Shown here: positions 26,424 through 41,273 of the stretch, one piece after another
Numbering within the stretch: position 1 is the first letter of the stretch
Layout: every line of letters begins with the position of its first letter
Origin: Bigelowiella natans CCMP2755
Taxonomy: Eukaryota > Protista > Cercozoa
Reading direction: 5' to 3'
Assembly (NCBI GenBank): GCA_000320545.1
Contig: ADNK01002059.1
Coordinates: 61,536-125,535 of the forward strand
DNA: 64,000 nucleotides
Translations under genes and position numbers: made by a program
Notes under the pieces: model-generated
The model's database searches: none
Seen by the model: the letters and a program-made list of their open reading frames with translations, nothing else
What the model was told of the DNA's origin: nothing

Positions 26424-28582
26424 GGTGACCATCGCAGCAAGCAATCAGGTTAGTTGTTATGACCGTGTTATTTATGAAACTACACTCTTGTTCGTAGAGC
26501 ACGGCGATGAAGCAGCATGTCACACACCACCCATTGCCTGTTACTGCTGCGGGTGTAATAATTGTTTGTGTTATTAGGATGTTGTTGATAACTCTGACAT
26601 CGTGTGCATCTCGGTAGTATGTACTACTTGTATCACTAAGAACGCAACAGAAGCATGATGCTGTCATCGTTTTCTAATCTATGTCCTACTACCACATTGA
26701 TCTAAATGAACGACAAACACACACTTTTTGTTGGAAGGTTGTTCCAAGCATAATGGACCAAGTACTGGAGGAGATAGCTTTCCGTAAAGGTCTTCATAAG
26801 CCCATGATGGTTATCATCTATAGTAAGATTACGTTTGTCGTACATTGATTCGTTCTTTAGTCTCTCCTCTCTTATATGCTAGGTGTTGGCTTATGCACTT
26901 TCTCTTTTCAACATACAAACAGATCACCAAGTGATTAGCTTCGTTTCGACCGCATCTATCGAGGTGAGTGGGTAGATTAGCTTCGTTTCGACCGCATCTA
27001 TCGAGGTGAGTGAGTAGAGATGATATACGGCAAACATCAGTAAATAGTAACATTGTTTAAAGCAGGCGCACAGCAGATCCACTCTTCAACAACAACAACT
27101 TCATACCACATATTATTGTCAGTATGGATGATGGCTAATGCGAATGCTATCGATATGTGCCAACGAATCGTAGGAACTTGAACAACATGTTGCATTCCCT
27201 GCCAAGACTGCTGTTTTCAGAGCGATACCAATGCCCCCTATTGCTAAGGTGTGGAGGTGCCTTTGTGTCTAATCCCACAATATCGATCTCCAACAACAAT
27301 AACAAGAATGGTAGTATCAGTGTGTTGCTTGCTCCGATGATGACGATGCTTGTTTTGTTCGAATAGAGACGAGGCCCATTCGTGCTGCACCCTTCCCCCC
27401 AATGTACTGAAAATCAGAACGACAACAACGTCAAGCTCCTCTTCGACCCGCTAGGTAATTATATAGCAAGGAGGAGGAAGGGGGGGAGAGAAATAATGAT
27501 GATAATGATATGTAAATGACAAGATACAAGACAGCCCTTATAACTATCGTCTTCACAGCACAATGAACAATCGCACATAGGTACAGTAATTGAGGTACAG
27601 CATGAAGAAGATCTCAAGGTTGGAGTGGAGAGAGGAAAAATGAAAGCGTCGTCAGAGAATTGTTAAAGATATGTATGAGGCTGCGGCAAAGATGATGATG
27701 CTACACTGATGCTTTTGTTGTTATTTACAATTGTGCTTATCATCATTCTCTTTTTGTTTGTTGTTGGCATGCATACTACCATCCATCCACAGGTACTGAT
27801 GGCTACCGCATCCCTCATGGCTCCGTTCTACAACATCATGACCCAGGCGCTAGAATGGATGGTCATACTACTACAACTACTACTACTATTACTACTACTC
27901 CTACTACTACAAGTTGTTGTTGTTGCAGAAGTAGCATTCAGCTACTGGTGATCGATATTAATGTACACACCATGGCTTTTATCTCGCCAACCTATCGTGT
28001 TGTTTATATTAAAGACTGGCCAAGGATTCAGCAGCTCTAAGGAGGGTACGAAATACATTGCCTCTCTCTTTAAGGCCTTGGCTGGTATGCAATATTCCCA
28101 CTTCGCGAGAGATGAGATGATATTCTATTCATAATATATTCATGATACATTATCCAATCCATCTCTTCCGCAAAGAGCATCGTATTGATGACAGTTGCTC
28201 AATATTTGTTCGCAGAAGATGCCATGGATCTCTCTTTCTCTGGGGGTCCGAAAAGGTATAATTGTTGAAGTAATTTTCCTACATGGATGGTCATTGTAAA
28301 CAACCAATCGTTGCCTGATTGGGCTCCTCCAACTTGATTCTTCCATCAGCTTTCGGGATATCACAAAGGCATCACAAACCCCTGGAGGGCTCAACGAGCA
28401 GGTTCATGAACATCAGCATTCATAGTTTTGATTAAGTGGTATGTTTTGGCACTGTAAGAATGTTACATTATTTTACTCTTTGTCAGAATTTAAGGAGTCT
28501 TGACGAAAGAGGATTCTATTCGATTATGAAAAAATCTTTGAGTGAAATACTAGATCGTGTGAAAGGCGGTGGTAAACGATAA
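25369..28582 (+). CDS. Pyrroline-5-carboxylate reductase/F420-dependent NADP oxidoreductase-like protein (multi-exon)
   Basis: Rossmann motif VRVGFIGTGTI, then SPRNAERAARLA, NQ|DVVDNSDIV, VFRAIPMPP, TASLMAPFY and the C-terminal SQTPGGLNEQ motif. Stop TAA at 28580-28582. The start codon is uncertain. Confidence 0.8.
26001..26087. repeat. Long (GT)n followed by (GC)n microsatellite in an intron, representative of the SSRs in most introns of this window
   Basis: About 37 GT units followed by gcgcgcgcgcgc. Confidence 0.95.
26933..27012. repeat. ~42-bp tandem duplication within the P5CR-like gene
   Basis: gattagcttcgtttcgaccgcatctatcgaggtgagtg occurs twice. Confidence 0.9.
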
Positions 28583-28851
28583 CGAGGATCGATTACCGTG
28601 TAAACAAGATCTGCAATAAGTTTCAAGTCATCTACGTACAGATGGAGTGCAGTCAATAAGGCAGCTGCACGATGATGATCATGTGTTATTCTAGAACAAT
28701 TTTAGGCCATGCATGTATTGGCGCGGTTATAGATACATTCCAAAAAAGTGTGTGGTTAGTTTTATAGTTTGCATGTGTATGAAATACTACTCATAGTACA
28801 TTACACATAACGGACGAGACAAATAGACACAACCTAAGAGCTGCAGCCGCT

Positions 28852-28915
28852 GCTTTGCATAGCTACATTAGGTTGACTATTGAAAAGATTTAATCACTCC
28901 ATTACATCCGTCTCA
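28852..28915 (+). repeat. Dispersed ~65-bp repeat, copy A
   Basis: gctttgcatagctacattaggttgactattgaaaagatttaatcactccattacatccgtctca. Related copies lie at 56565-56725 and 56982-57042. Confidence 0.8.
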
Positions 28916-29333
28916 CGACATTACGCATAGCTTCATGCATGCTATGTACGTCTAGGTTGCACAGCATGCGCACATGCAACATCGTCATTTGCACCAGGGC
29001 TTCCTGATTGTACAAACTACATGTACTCGCAGTGCTTATGGCCTATCATAGCTCTGAAGGGCCTCTACAATACAACCATACTAATTATGCAGTAACATAT
29101 GGTACATTATAATAATGCAATTATTCGCCTAAAATAGACTAGCTAGCCAGCTATTGCTCAAGAATACAGCAAATGCCTCTAAATACATATGCTTTAAGCA
29201 TTAGACTCATCCTGGTAATCATGGGAGAACGTATGCAGATATATGATAATATGGAAACGTTCAAGTAACTACATGCACGCTTGACACTCGCCTCACAAAT
29301 GTAAATCAAATTTCAACAATGCCGGTTTTGCTA

Positions 29334-30498
29334 TTATTCCGTTTTCCGCTTGGTCTTACTTCCGAATAAAATTCGGAACACACTCACTAAATCGCACATG
29401 AAAAGAGTGAACCAAAAAAATAGAAAGTATGCGGCTCCAAGTATGACAAACCAATACACGTTAAGATCGGGATACTTTGCAATTTTTGGGAAGAAAAGAT
29501 CGAGTGCATGCGCCGTGGTCACAGAGCACACACTCACAACAAATCCAAGCACCCTAAACCAATGAACCTTATCTTTCTTACCACCACTACCACTACAGAT
29601 TAAATCTAGAAGCATCGTTGATTCTAAGGAGGAGGTCGCATCCTTGGCTTCCGACTCATCATTATCATCATAAACAGCAATGGCATCATAATGCGCTCTT
29701 GATGAAAGGAATAACCCAAGGGTCATTAAAGACAGCTGGAATACTGCATACGGTAAGACGAGTAGATCTCTCCGCAAAAGTGGGAACATGCTCGCATTTG
29801 AGATTAGTGTAGCTGTTGTTGCAAGCATTGGGTGCGAAGGAAACGTAGCAGCTATAGGAAGTAATGGTAACAAGATAGATTTCTCGTGTACTTGGAACGA
29901 GAATAGAAAGAAGGAAAGAGCGCAGCCCATAAGTCCAAAGATGAATCGACGAGGAGTTGGACGCAGGAACATATGCAGGATCGTAGGAAAGATCGATATA
30001 ACGGTCGTCATCAAAGCCAGTAAGACGGTGGCATCACGTGAAAACAAGGCTTTCCATTTAATGATTACGTTTGTTGCGCACCAGAAGTTAGCAACTTTGT
30101 CTTCGAATAACCCTCTCGCTACAGGGAAAACCCTTTTACCAACATCAATCACCGACTCAAATCCTCCCGTCCCTTGAGTAATGAACGGAAATAAAATCAA
30201 GGCGAAGGTCCCAATCACTGTTACTCCTGCCGTTGGTAACAAACACATTCTATAGTGAATAACATATACATAAAGGAAGCGTTCAGATGGTAATATCCAA
30301 TAATACTACCGAGAGCAGCAACATGCATGAATGAGTCTATCCAGGTCCTTTCATGCCAGATTGAGCGCCCAAGAAGGAAAGAGAAGAAACCAATGGCAAA
30401 ATATAGTGACATCTGAATTTAACAAATATATATATCATCGTCTTAGGCTAATATAAGTTATTTAACACACTACATATTTATAATATACGTATGCAACA

Positions 30499-30565
<67 letters not shown>

Positions 30566-30773
30566 GCAACCTGTTTAAAAAGAAGGGCAAGGCAGAAAGA
30601 GGAAGCTCCAGCAAGCTCAAGATAGAGATTTCCTTTGTTCCGTGTGCCTCCTCCCCCTCCTCCAAAGAGTATAAGAGCTATCGCTAGTAAGATCAATCCA
30701 TGAGCTACACAATTATACTGGAAATGACCATGATCGATGAGAATGAACCTGATAACCATACAACAAACAAACA

Positions 30774-30812
<39 letters not shown>

Positions 30813-31191
30813 GTCATTTATCTTTACTCACAGACGGATATGCATATGATGCATAGATGATAGTTCTGTTTTCTTCTATGTTCGAACAAGGCGCACAAGC
30901 GGCACATACGCTGGATTGAGAAGTATGAAGAACCATGCAGCTGCCCTGATTCCCAGCAATCTCTTTGAGGATGATGACGATGGTTGTGGTGGTGTGGTGG
31001 TGGAGTGCACGGGGTAGAAGGAACATAAAAATGCATAAGCCGCCTGAGTAGTAACATGTCAGAAATATTAGAAATGGAAAATTAAGCAGAGTGTATCACC
31101 ATCACCACCACGTTTGGATGAAGGATTATGATGATGATGATGAAGAAGAAGAAGAAGATAATGATGATGATAAAAAAGAAATGCCAAGCAA

Positions 31192-31226
<35 letters not shown>

Positions 31227-32245
31227 TAAAGGAAGATCATGACTTTTGACTATTATTTTCATTATTATTATAATTATTATCATTATTATTATTATCATTA
31301 CTGGGAAAAAGAGCAGAAGATCACAAACAAGAACTGAGTATCTCATCAACATTTTTCCAGTCGGAGTTTCATTTCCACGCGATGCATGAAGAGTGACTAA
31401 TTCAGGCTCGATCTTTTGTGCCCTGACAAATAAAAGGAAAAGAGGATAATCAAGAATAAATTGCATAACTACTTTTCATCGATGCCATTCCAAAAGTTGT
31501 ATACTTTATACTTTAACCCCAGTAATAATCTCATAATATTAATGATGATGATGATGACAATTCTGGCCTAGTAAACTATGAAGTGCATCGATCTTTCAGT
31601 AAGATAAACACTAAATGTAGTGGTAGCAGTAGCAGTAGTAGTAGTAGCACTTACAGCATTCCGAAGAAGTAGCTCACATATGCTGTCAAAGGTGGATAAT
31701 CAAGACCCCAGTACTGATGTTTGATAATAGTAAAGAACGATCATCGCACATATCAAGGAAAGACACAAAGACACAAAGAAAGAAAGCAGTTGTCAAAATT
31801 ACCATGAGATCATTGTCCGTGGTTTGTCGATACCAATCTTTCAGCGGCAAATTTATTGTGATCTACATGTGGTAACATAGCGATAAGTCGAGTAAACAAC
31901 ATATTCGGTGATGACGTTGTCCTCCTAACCTCCATCCAATGACGTTGTGCCTCGTAGTCGCCGTACATTGGAGGTGTACCCATTCCCGAGTGCGGATGAG
32001 CAGCTAATATTATGCGATGCCATGTAATCAGTGAATGGTCCATAATGATCTTTCCTCCTTCAAACCAACCAACATCCGTACTTACCTACAGCTTGGCGAA
32101 GTACAATTGCGAGACTTGCAATTATTACGATCCACAAAGGGTAAGATCTTTTTGACATATATCTTGTCGAATCAGTACACACGACGACCGCTGGCTCTTT
32201 CGTCCGTCCTCCCTCCTCCTCCTCCTCCTCTCCATAGTGGGACAT
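29334..32245 (-). CDS. ALG6: Dolichyl-P-Glc:Man9GlcNAc2-PP-dolichol alpha-1,3-glucosyltransferase (multi-exon)
   Basis: ALG6 signature motifs PPMYGDYEAQRHWME, YWGLDYPPLTAY, LIDHGHFQYN, FPVARGLFEDKVANFWC and FFLFSFQVHEKSILLP. Confidence 0.95.
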
Positions 32246-32545
32246 GTACTCCTTGTTGGAACCCTGTTCCGAGCGCTCCGGGTTATCATTGTGGGGATTT
32301 GGAGCAGTGCGACAAAGAGAATATCATGTCGCAATCTTTTCACAATGAGTAAAACTGTAAAATCCTGAATCGCCTCTTATATTCTCCTGCGACAATATCA
32401 GATCAATCATCTAAAGAAATAAGGGAGTCCAGGATGATCATCGTCTGACAAAAGTCTGTGAAGTCTGTACCGAAACCGACCGAAATCCTGAAATCGGCCG
32501 ACACAGACCGATACCAGAGAATCTAAACAACAGTGATAATATCAC

Positions 32546-32586
<41 letters not shown>

Positions 32587-32603
32587 GCGCGCGCGCATCA
32601 CGC

Positions 32604-32698
32604 ATGAATGGGCTCAAAGAGCTCAAGAGGACCGTGTTCCTGAGCGATCTCGACTTCAAAGATGTCGTCGTCCCCAATGAAGAAGGTTACATGTGTTG

Positions 32699-32738
<40 letters not shown>

Positions 32739-33182
32739 TGTGATTGTGTGTGTTGTATGAAAACACATCCATATTGACGTATTCGTTGCTAGCCTCTTTC
32801 AAAGCATTGGCGAATGAAGGGAAGGCAAAAGCTCTCTTAAGAGCTGTCAAAAGATGGCGAACTATTAATAGTCAAGCGGATCGTGCGGTATGCAGGTCAC
32901 ACATCAAGTGGTTCCCCCCCTTCTATGTGATGGCTATGGAAACTCAGGTGGTGGTGGTGGTGCTCTTACACCAATTTCTGAGCTAACACTAACGCAAAAT
33001 CTGTGTTGATGATTTGTAGTATGATGATGATAACGAAGCGATGATGATCATGATCGTGATGATAATACACAGCTTGCTGCTGATGATGAAGGCTCATATT
33101 GATTATAGTTCAGTTACCGAATGATGTGTCGTTATCTTTGTATCGCTGTCTTTGTCACCCCACCAATCCCCCTCCCTCTCTC

Positions 33183-33218
<36 letters not shown>

Positions 33219-34180
33219 TAATACACATATATGCCTTTGTTCTTTGAAAGCTTTACACTACGCATGCTGGCACGGCTACAAAGAGATCGCTGAGTTTCTG
33301 TTAAAAGGAGGAGCAAATTTTGACGCCGAGAATCACGTCAAAGCAACGCCTCTCCATCTTGCATCCGAGCGAGGCCACGTAGGCTTGGTCAAGCTCTTAA
33401 TCCAATCAAAAGCCAACGCAAACTCTCAAAATCTCAATGGATGGTGCCCTCTACACTATGCTGCATACGCGTGTAAGGGGGAGGTTGTGAGGGTCTTATT
33501 GGATGCTGGCTCACATGTAAACATCAAAGCGAATAACGGGGCAACTGCATTAGAAGTTGTATCACAGATGAAATCGCCTCCATCAGACGCAGAAGACGGC
33601 GGGCATAAGCTTTGTATGAGCTTACTTTTTAAAGCATTAGATAGATACAACAAAGAAAGGAAAGATTCACAAGTTAATCAGAAGAAAGAGTTAGACGGGA
33701 TTAAGGTGCTATTTATACACGGGGGAGGTTCTACTGATGGCTTCGATCGTACCCAAGAGCCATTTGCACAGTACGACTCTTACTGACTCATCACGATATT
33801 TAACTGAATCATGATGCAAAAGAAGGCCATTGAATGCTAATTGGAGTGTTGATTTAGGTATCTGAGAGACCAGTTTAAAGAGAATTTCCACATGGTGGCC
33901 ATGCGGTTCACTCATGACTTTGAATGGTGCATCAAAACCCAAGCCAAAGCTGTAGCAGATTTCCGTCCTGATATAATAGTTGGGCGCTCTCAAGGAGGCC
34001 CGACAATAATGCAGCTAATCAAACGTATTTTTGCGCGCGCGTGTGTGTGTTTGTGTGTGTGTGCGTGTGTTTGGTGCGTGCGAGCGTGTAGTTCTGTGTA
34101 GTTGTTTTGTGTACTAGTTTTTGGAATATTGGAGAGCGTGTGTGTGTTACTTTTACTTGTGTTTATCTTGTACCCATGCG

Positions 34181-34217
<37 letters not shown>

Positions 34218-34716
34218 TTCATGTATCATAATTCGAACAAAGGTAAATATTGGGCTGGGCCAAGTGTGTTGTGCTGTCCTGCAGTAGTTGAAGGGATCGA
34301 TGATTTTGATCTACAATCAGGTGGCATTCATTGCTATGCTTGTGATTGCGTGTTGCGACTTCTTCAAAATCTTTCTCTATTTCTAATAAATTAGGGATAC
34401 CTTACGTCGTTCTCACTGGAACCTTTGGTAATGACTATACACACGAGTATGACGACGACGACGATGATGATGATGATGATGGCACAAACATCACATAATG
34501 ACGCAGGGTATGTATACTATGCGAACAGATGAGCAGGTTCCATACTCGAGAATGATCAAGTTCTGCGAGTCTAATATAAACAGACTGGGAGCGAAATCTC
34601 TCAAATGGTTCACTATTGTGGATAAACACAATTTAAACACCTGCTGCTGTACGAAAGGCAAAGGTGCTAGGGTTGTTGAGAATGGACAGCAGTCACTTGG
34701 ATTGACCGATAAGTAA
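32604..34716 (+). CDS. Ankyrin-repeat protein fused to a C-terminal alpha/beta-hydrolase (multi-exon)
   Basis: Ankyrin repeats ALHYAC, TPLHLAS and CPLHYAA. Hydrolase motifs VLFIHGG, GRSQGG (nucleophile elbow), DEQVP (Asp) and DKHNL (His). The start codon is uncertain. Confidence 0.75.
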
Positions 34717-35773
34717 GTCAACGACAATCCCCATCGTTATGTTTTCTTTTGGGGACTCGAATGTAGGCATCTAGTGGAAAAATGCAATACAGAAACTTGT
34801 GTTCATTGAGCCTATCCCATTGTGTTCGTTCATGATTTAGGAGCGAGCTTCTAGCAGAAGAAAAAGGCAAATTCTTGCACCTGCGCGACTTGGTGCATAT
34901 CGTATGGCAAGGACGTCACGAAGTGGACGGCTATGTTCATGCTAACAGATTCCCCACAATTTTCAATCAGAAACTAAATGAAAAGGGAGTGGGGAGTAAT
35001 ACGGATGCCAAATGTGCTCGCCGAAAGTGCACAATCTCATGACGCTGAATAGCTGAACAACCACCTGACAAATACATTTCATGTGAAAGTCTAGACACGA
35101 GTAATCAATAGCACATTCAGGTGTGCACGCGCTTGCATGCATTTGCAGTAATAACAAATCTAAAAATGTCGTGTTGGTATTGCGGTCAAGCGCTTACGTC
35201 GTGCACGCGCTAATGAGCTGTCGATCTAGCCTAGCTAGCTAGTAGCGTAGCAGCGGTGCATTCGCAGTGCACATACACATGATGGCGGGAGCATGCACTA
35301 GATGCAGCTGCGTGCAATGGGGTGTTTCAGACACATAATTAAAATTTATGTCTAGATATGCCCACAGCGCATGAGACGAATAGTGATCGATATGAAACAA
35401 TGATTACATTTTTTTCAATGGTCATCTTACAGTAGCTTTGCAAAGCAGCGGCTACGGCTAGACAGCGCTGATAATTAGCTGATGTTGCATCGGTTGATTG
35501 TGCTGTAATGTCATGGCATGTATCAGTATGTTGTTGATGAATCGCATCTAGCTGTGCACGCGCAAGGTATAGCTTGCGACATCTTAGCAACATGTGGCCG
35601 TGCCCCCCCTATCAGCCTCCCCGCCACGCCTGCTGTGGTTTTGATGCAAGCAGCTTTCCTTCCAAGCGACGACAAAACATCGATATGTATCGATCGGCGC
35701 TCACAGCACGCACTCGAACAAACTTTCAAGATGTCATGCTTCTATATGCTGATCAAACCATGTCATGTGGACA

Positions 35774-35811
<38 letters not shown>

Positions 35812-35911
35812 AGCATCATACTATAGATGGCTAGATGGCCTGGTGCGTACTGCATGACGTTTTATTGTTATGGTGGGTCGCGAAATTCTTCATCATTACG
35901 TCTGCTCTGAC

Positions 35912-37292
35912 TCATTCTGATGCTATTGCTGGTTCACGCAGAACAGTAATTTCGAACGAAAATCGACCCGAGGCCACGTTTAACAGCAGGGCGTTGATGC
36001 ACTCGCCGTCATCATCATCTCTATCATCATCATCTCTATCATCATCATCATCATCATCATCATCATTATCATCGCCACACTTTCTCGATTTCAAATGCAA
36101 AAGACCCGGCACACGCTGAAGTAGATCATAATCGTGAATAATCTGTGGTGGTGATGATTGGGTATTGAAGAGGCCATGGAAGAGCAGTACCCCCGACTCC
36201 TTGATTTCAACTAAATAGTCGTTAAAGGCAGAAACAGCCGTGGGGGGGGTGCTATTGTCGTCATCTCCACCAATATGAGCATCATCGCCATCTTTGTCAT
36301 TTTTGAACAATAATGATTCGAATAGAGGGATTGTAATCAAGCTGCTAGTACCCCCTGGAATGGTGACGTTGATGCGTGTCGTCACGCTCACAACGTTGCT
36401 ATTCCTCATGATCTTGCTGTTTTTGGATGACGAGGATGGCAAGGAGCCGGAGGTGATTTCCTCGTCAAATATACTACTACTTTTTACATCGCCTTGTTCT
36501 CCTCCTCGTCCTTCTCCATTTCCTTCTTGCTGCTGCTGCTGCTGCTGCTCTTGTTGTCGCTCCGTAGTTATGTCAATAGACCAGCAAAACGATACGTTTC
36601 CATTCGCGTTGTGTGTTTGAAAACATGCATCTGACATCGGTAGTAGTACCGGCCGAGTTCTGCTGCTGCTGCGAGTAGTGGTGCGTGTGTTCGGTACTAC
36701 TCGTTTCTGTTTTGTCAATAAATGGAGCAATGATAATCTTAATGGATCAGCGAAGGAAGAGCCCACGGTCTTCTCTTGATTAGCTGCCAAACCTGCAATT
36801 TCGTACAGAAAGGTTCCCAATGTGGAATACCTAATAGTACAACAACCGTTATTTGTGCTGATGCTGATGCTGATGCTGATGCTGATGATGGTGATGATGA
36901 TAACTATAGCAATGACGCAATGTTTGCTGCTGCTGCAATGGCATATAAAAGGCATATAAAAACGCGGGCGAAGACTAAGTATCGAGCTTTAATTCTGGCA
37001 TCAGAATAGATAGTATAAACATAGTAAATACTACTGACACTATAGCATTAAAACAGCAGCTCACGTCGTACATATGATGGTTTCTCGAGCCTCCATACCA
37101 CCCTGTGTTTGCATCCCATTTCTCCCACATATTTGTCTCAGCTGGCTCGTTGTCATTCAAATGCATGTACCCGATGGAAGGCTCAGTTTTTTGCCTGACA
37201 CACACACACACACACGCATACACATACACAACCTTGAGTTGGTATCTTACCATTCTCATTAATTCACGAATCAAACGACGCCGCATTATCAA

Positions 37293-37387
<95 letters not shown>

Positions 37388-38168
37388 CCATAATATGTAC
37401 CAATATATCTTCATATTTCTATTAATAGAGTGGCATACATGAGCAGTTGCAGAGCCTTATCGGTGAACCCCCTTTTGAGTAGCTGCTGAAAGATATACTT
37501 AAATCCAAACATTCCCACACTCAACTTGCCTCCTGAGAATATAACAGATGGACACACTGATCGATCAATTGACGATGTCAATAAATAACCCTGAGACGAC
37601 TGCACAACAAGCCAAATGACGATGATGATAATGATGATGATGATGAGTACATGAGAATTATGAACGAAGGAAAAATACGTAACAGAGCACCCCTCCCCCC
37701 CTTATTTCCAGAAAAAGCTAATGTGCTCTACACATCTTGCAGAAGTCGCTACTGTATATATCTTTCATCTTCTCGGTCTCTTCTTCTTCTTCTTCTTCTT
37801 CTTCTTCTTCTTCTTCCCACCATCATCATCATTGATCTTGCTGATTAGCTTATCCACCACTCTTTCTTCCGAGGAAGCATCGAGAATGTTCAATCGTAAC
37901 CCCAACGAGAGCTCCGTTTGTCCCCCCCCCCCAAATATAGCCTTTTCTTGGTTGAAGTAGTATTTGACGAATGTCTTTGACACATCGGTAGCGTTCTCCG
38001 CATATACTTGGCCATTTTTCGTGTCGCCAGCTCCAAGTGCCAGTTCTGTGGCCTGCGTTCCACATCATCGTTGAAGTTCGGCGACGAACAAATAAGACAC
38101 AAAAACAACGTATGGTTTTGATAGACAAATGGCCTCAACAAGCTAATGGAAAACGATGACGTATTCCT

Positions 38169-38243
<75 letters not shown>

Positions 38244-39940
38244 CTGGTATAGGGAGACGATCCAATTGAAGATGGACACATAAGTAACAGGAGGAGCTTC
38301 CGTTGTATTAGCAGGTAGCCAATCACCATAATACCTAGCAATGATGATGATGATGATGATGATCATGATGATATGATGATGATGAGGATCATAATAATGC
38401 CGACAGTGATGCAGTATCTCAGAACCAAGCATCCCCACCCCCTCCTTGTGATAATCATCATCATGTGGTTTTGTTCTTCTTTTTCTGCTGCACTTACTTA
38501 CTTACTCACTCACTACTCACTTACCCCCAAGATAGATTGTTTTCGATGACAGCTTCTAGCCCCCCTTGTTGCTCGACGGATATATATACACTCTCCATGT
38601 ACCTGTGACAGGACATGAAGTCATCATCATTATCATCATCATCATCATCACCATCATCATCACCCCTTCATCATCGTTGTCGCACAGAACTATCATAATG
38701 GTAGTGTAGGCGAAGTAAAACCATCATAATGAAGACGATGATGATGATGATGATGAGCAAGCCTATATCATCACACCTTTTGACCATTTCTCGATGGCGA
38801 ATGTACGGGGTTATATCACCTCCCATGCGGTATCTTGAAGATAGCATGAAAATGAATGCAGAGCTCCAGCTTGGGTCCGCAGGAAGTCTTCCCGACCTGA
38901 TAATGCCATGTATCGTCTGTCAAACACTATCTGCAATTGTATCTTCGTCTCTTCATCTCTTCCTCCTCCTCCTCCTCAGGTATTATCTCACACTGCATCA
39001 TTCAAACTTGGCAGCAGCAGCAAAGTCTTGTCGTCATCTATCATTTTCTTATTATTATTACTTGTAAAAAGGCACCACATCGGGTATCGTACCTGATGGT
39101 GATAACGATGATAATAGTGATGATGATTATAATGGTGGTGGTGGTGATGATGATGATGATAGCTTTTTGCTACTAACTCCAATTTGAACAACGATGATAT
39201 TATCAAAGCCGTACATATGAGTACGAGAAGGAATCGACGATACCAATGTATTTCTCTTTATATAGAGCTTCTCTCTCCCTTCCTCCCATCCCCCCCCCTC
39301 TCTCTCACAGACTCTCTTTTTCTTTCTTCTAGAATATCTATATGATCAGATGCAGCGGGGCAATAATCCATCCGAGGACAGAGAAATGAATCATCATCAT
39401 CGTCACCATCTTCTTCATCATCATCTAATACCATTTGGCATCATTTCGTCCCGTATTCGATCGAAGTAGGCCCCATGAAACGCCTCCATTTGATATGATA
39501 GCGCAGCCATATCTGCGCTCGATCCTGCATCACCCATCCATCCTAGTCTTTCGCTTCTTTGAGGGCAATCAGTAAGCACAGACATTAAGTTTGAGCCAAG
39601 AGTCCCTGCTGCCATCTCGAAGAAGCTACTCAGCAATGGAACCGACTTGGAAGAGAAATGACCGATCCGATCCACGTTGCTTCGGAAGTGCACAAGTTCT
39701 ATTTCCGGCAATGTAATCATTTCCAAGCCTTGGGCGTCTTCATCGCCATCATCACCATCATCATTATCATCATTATGGTGAGAGGAGGAGGATATTGGCC
39801 ACCCGATGATCTCTACATAACGAAATCCGTGATACGTAAACTCGAATGTGAAAAACGAGGAGGAGGGTGATGATGGTACCCATCCCTGTATAATGATAAT
39901 AAATAATAAGGTATTTTCTCTTTTATTTTCATCATTATTG

Positions 39941-39977
<37 letters not shown>

Positions 39978-40133
39978 ACGGAGGAGGAGGAGGAGGATGA
40001 GGATCACATAAGCATTGCACTATTCCTACTATTTTTGGCATCTTTTCGCACGTTCTTTTCTATTTTTTCGCCTTTTCTCCAAACAAAATAATGAAAGGGA
40101 TAGGGACGACAGTGGGAAGGATATTCACCTTGA

Positions 40134-40169
<36 letters not shown>

Positions 40170-40310
40170 CTTGCTCTTCAGCCTCTTTTCCTTCTGTTTC
40201 ATGCCCACTGAAGATATACACATCAGTAGCTTTGGCTTCGAGAAGATTCAGGTAATAGAGGTACCTGCAAGAAGAAGAAGAAGAAGAAGAAGAAGAATAT
40301 AATGACTGAT

Positions 40311-40345
<35 letters not shown>

Positions 40346-40807
40346 TAGAGTCGATGGAGAGGATTGTTGCTTCTTTACACTTCTATACATGTCGTATTCG
40401 ATAGCATCTTGCGTAGGATATATTTATGGACACCATCTTTACACCTCCTCCTCGTCTTTCCCCCCTCTTCATTTCATTTCATCCTCACTTACTCAGTTCC
40501 ATTTTCGCCAAAGTCTCCATAGGGTTGATGCATGATAGCCTCAGCGTGTTTGAACGTTACTCTGTGACCGCGCTTTACTCCTTTGTAAGGAATACAAAGC
40601 TTATATGATCACAATACGTCCAGTGATCACCGAGCCCCTCCCCCCCCCTTTATATTACGACATTGCTACCCCACTATTCTTCGTCCTATCCACTACCTGT
40701 TGGGAGTCGTATCCGACAAACACCTGCTAAATTCTGCCCAAAATCCACAACAAAATGTGCCGTGTTGCTGTTGTTGTTCTTGCTTACAAGAAGCACCTAA
40801 AGGTATT

Positions 40808-40840
<33 letters not shown>

Positions 40841-41240
40841 TATTATTATTGTGTATAGATCAGATTATCACATAAGAGGACCCTCCCCTTGGGAATACAA
40901 CAGCACTTGCCTCCCTCCCCTCTTTTCTTTCCGAAATTTCCTTTTGAACCCTCCCCCGTGTTTATCTAACGACGAGATGTAGTCTATCCACCACCTTGAC
41001 GGGCTTGAGAGCTTTCTGATCTCGAATGGGAGGAATGGGCTGGGCCTTAAGTTTTGTGCTTATAGCCCAAGATTGATTGGATATATCCGCCACCGAGCTA
41101 CTGCTCCAGATGGACGGCATTAGTACCCTGTAATTTGGGGAGGAAAAGTTTCGAAAGTCCTCGGCTATCCTTGCATCGTAAGTCACACCATCGTACGCCG
41201 AGTCGCTGAGGTAGGGACCTAGATAACAACAACAACAACG

Positions 41241-41273
<33 letters not shown>

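Noticed and set aside
26933-27012. Short direct repeats as a possible CRISPR-like array
   Set aside because: Only two adjacent copies, no spacers, no cas genes, and a eukaryotic gene context.
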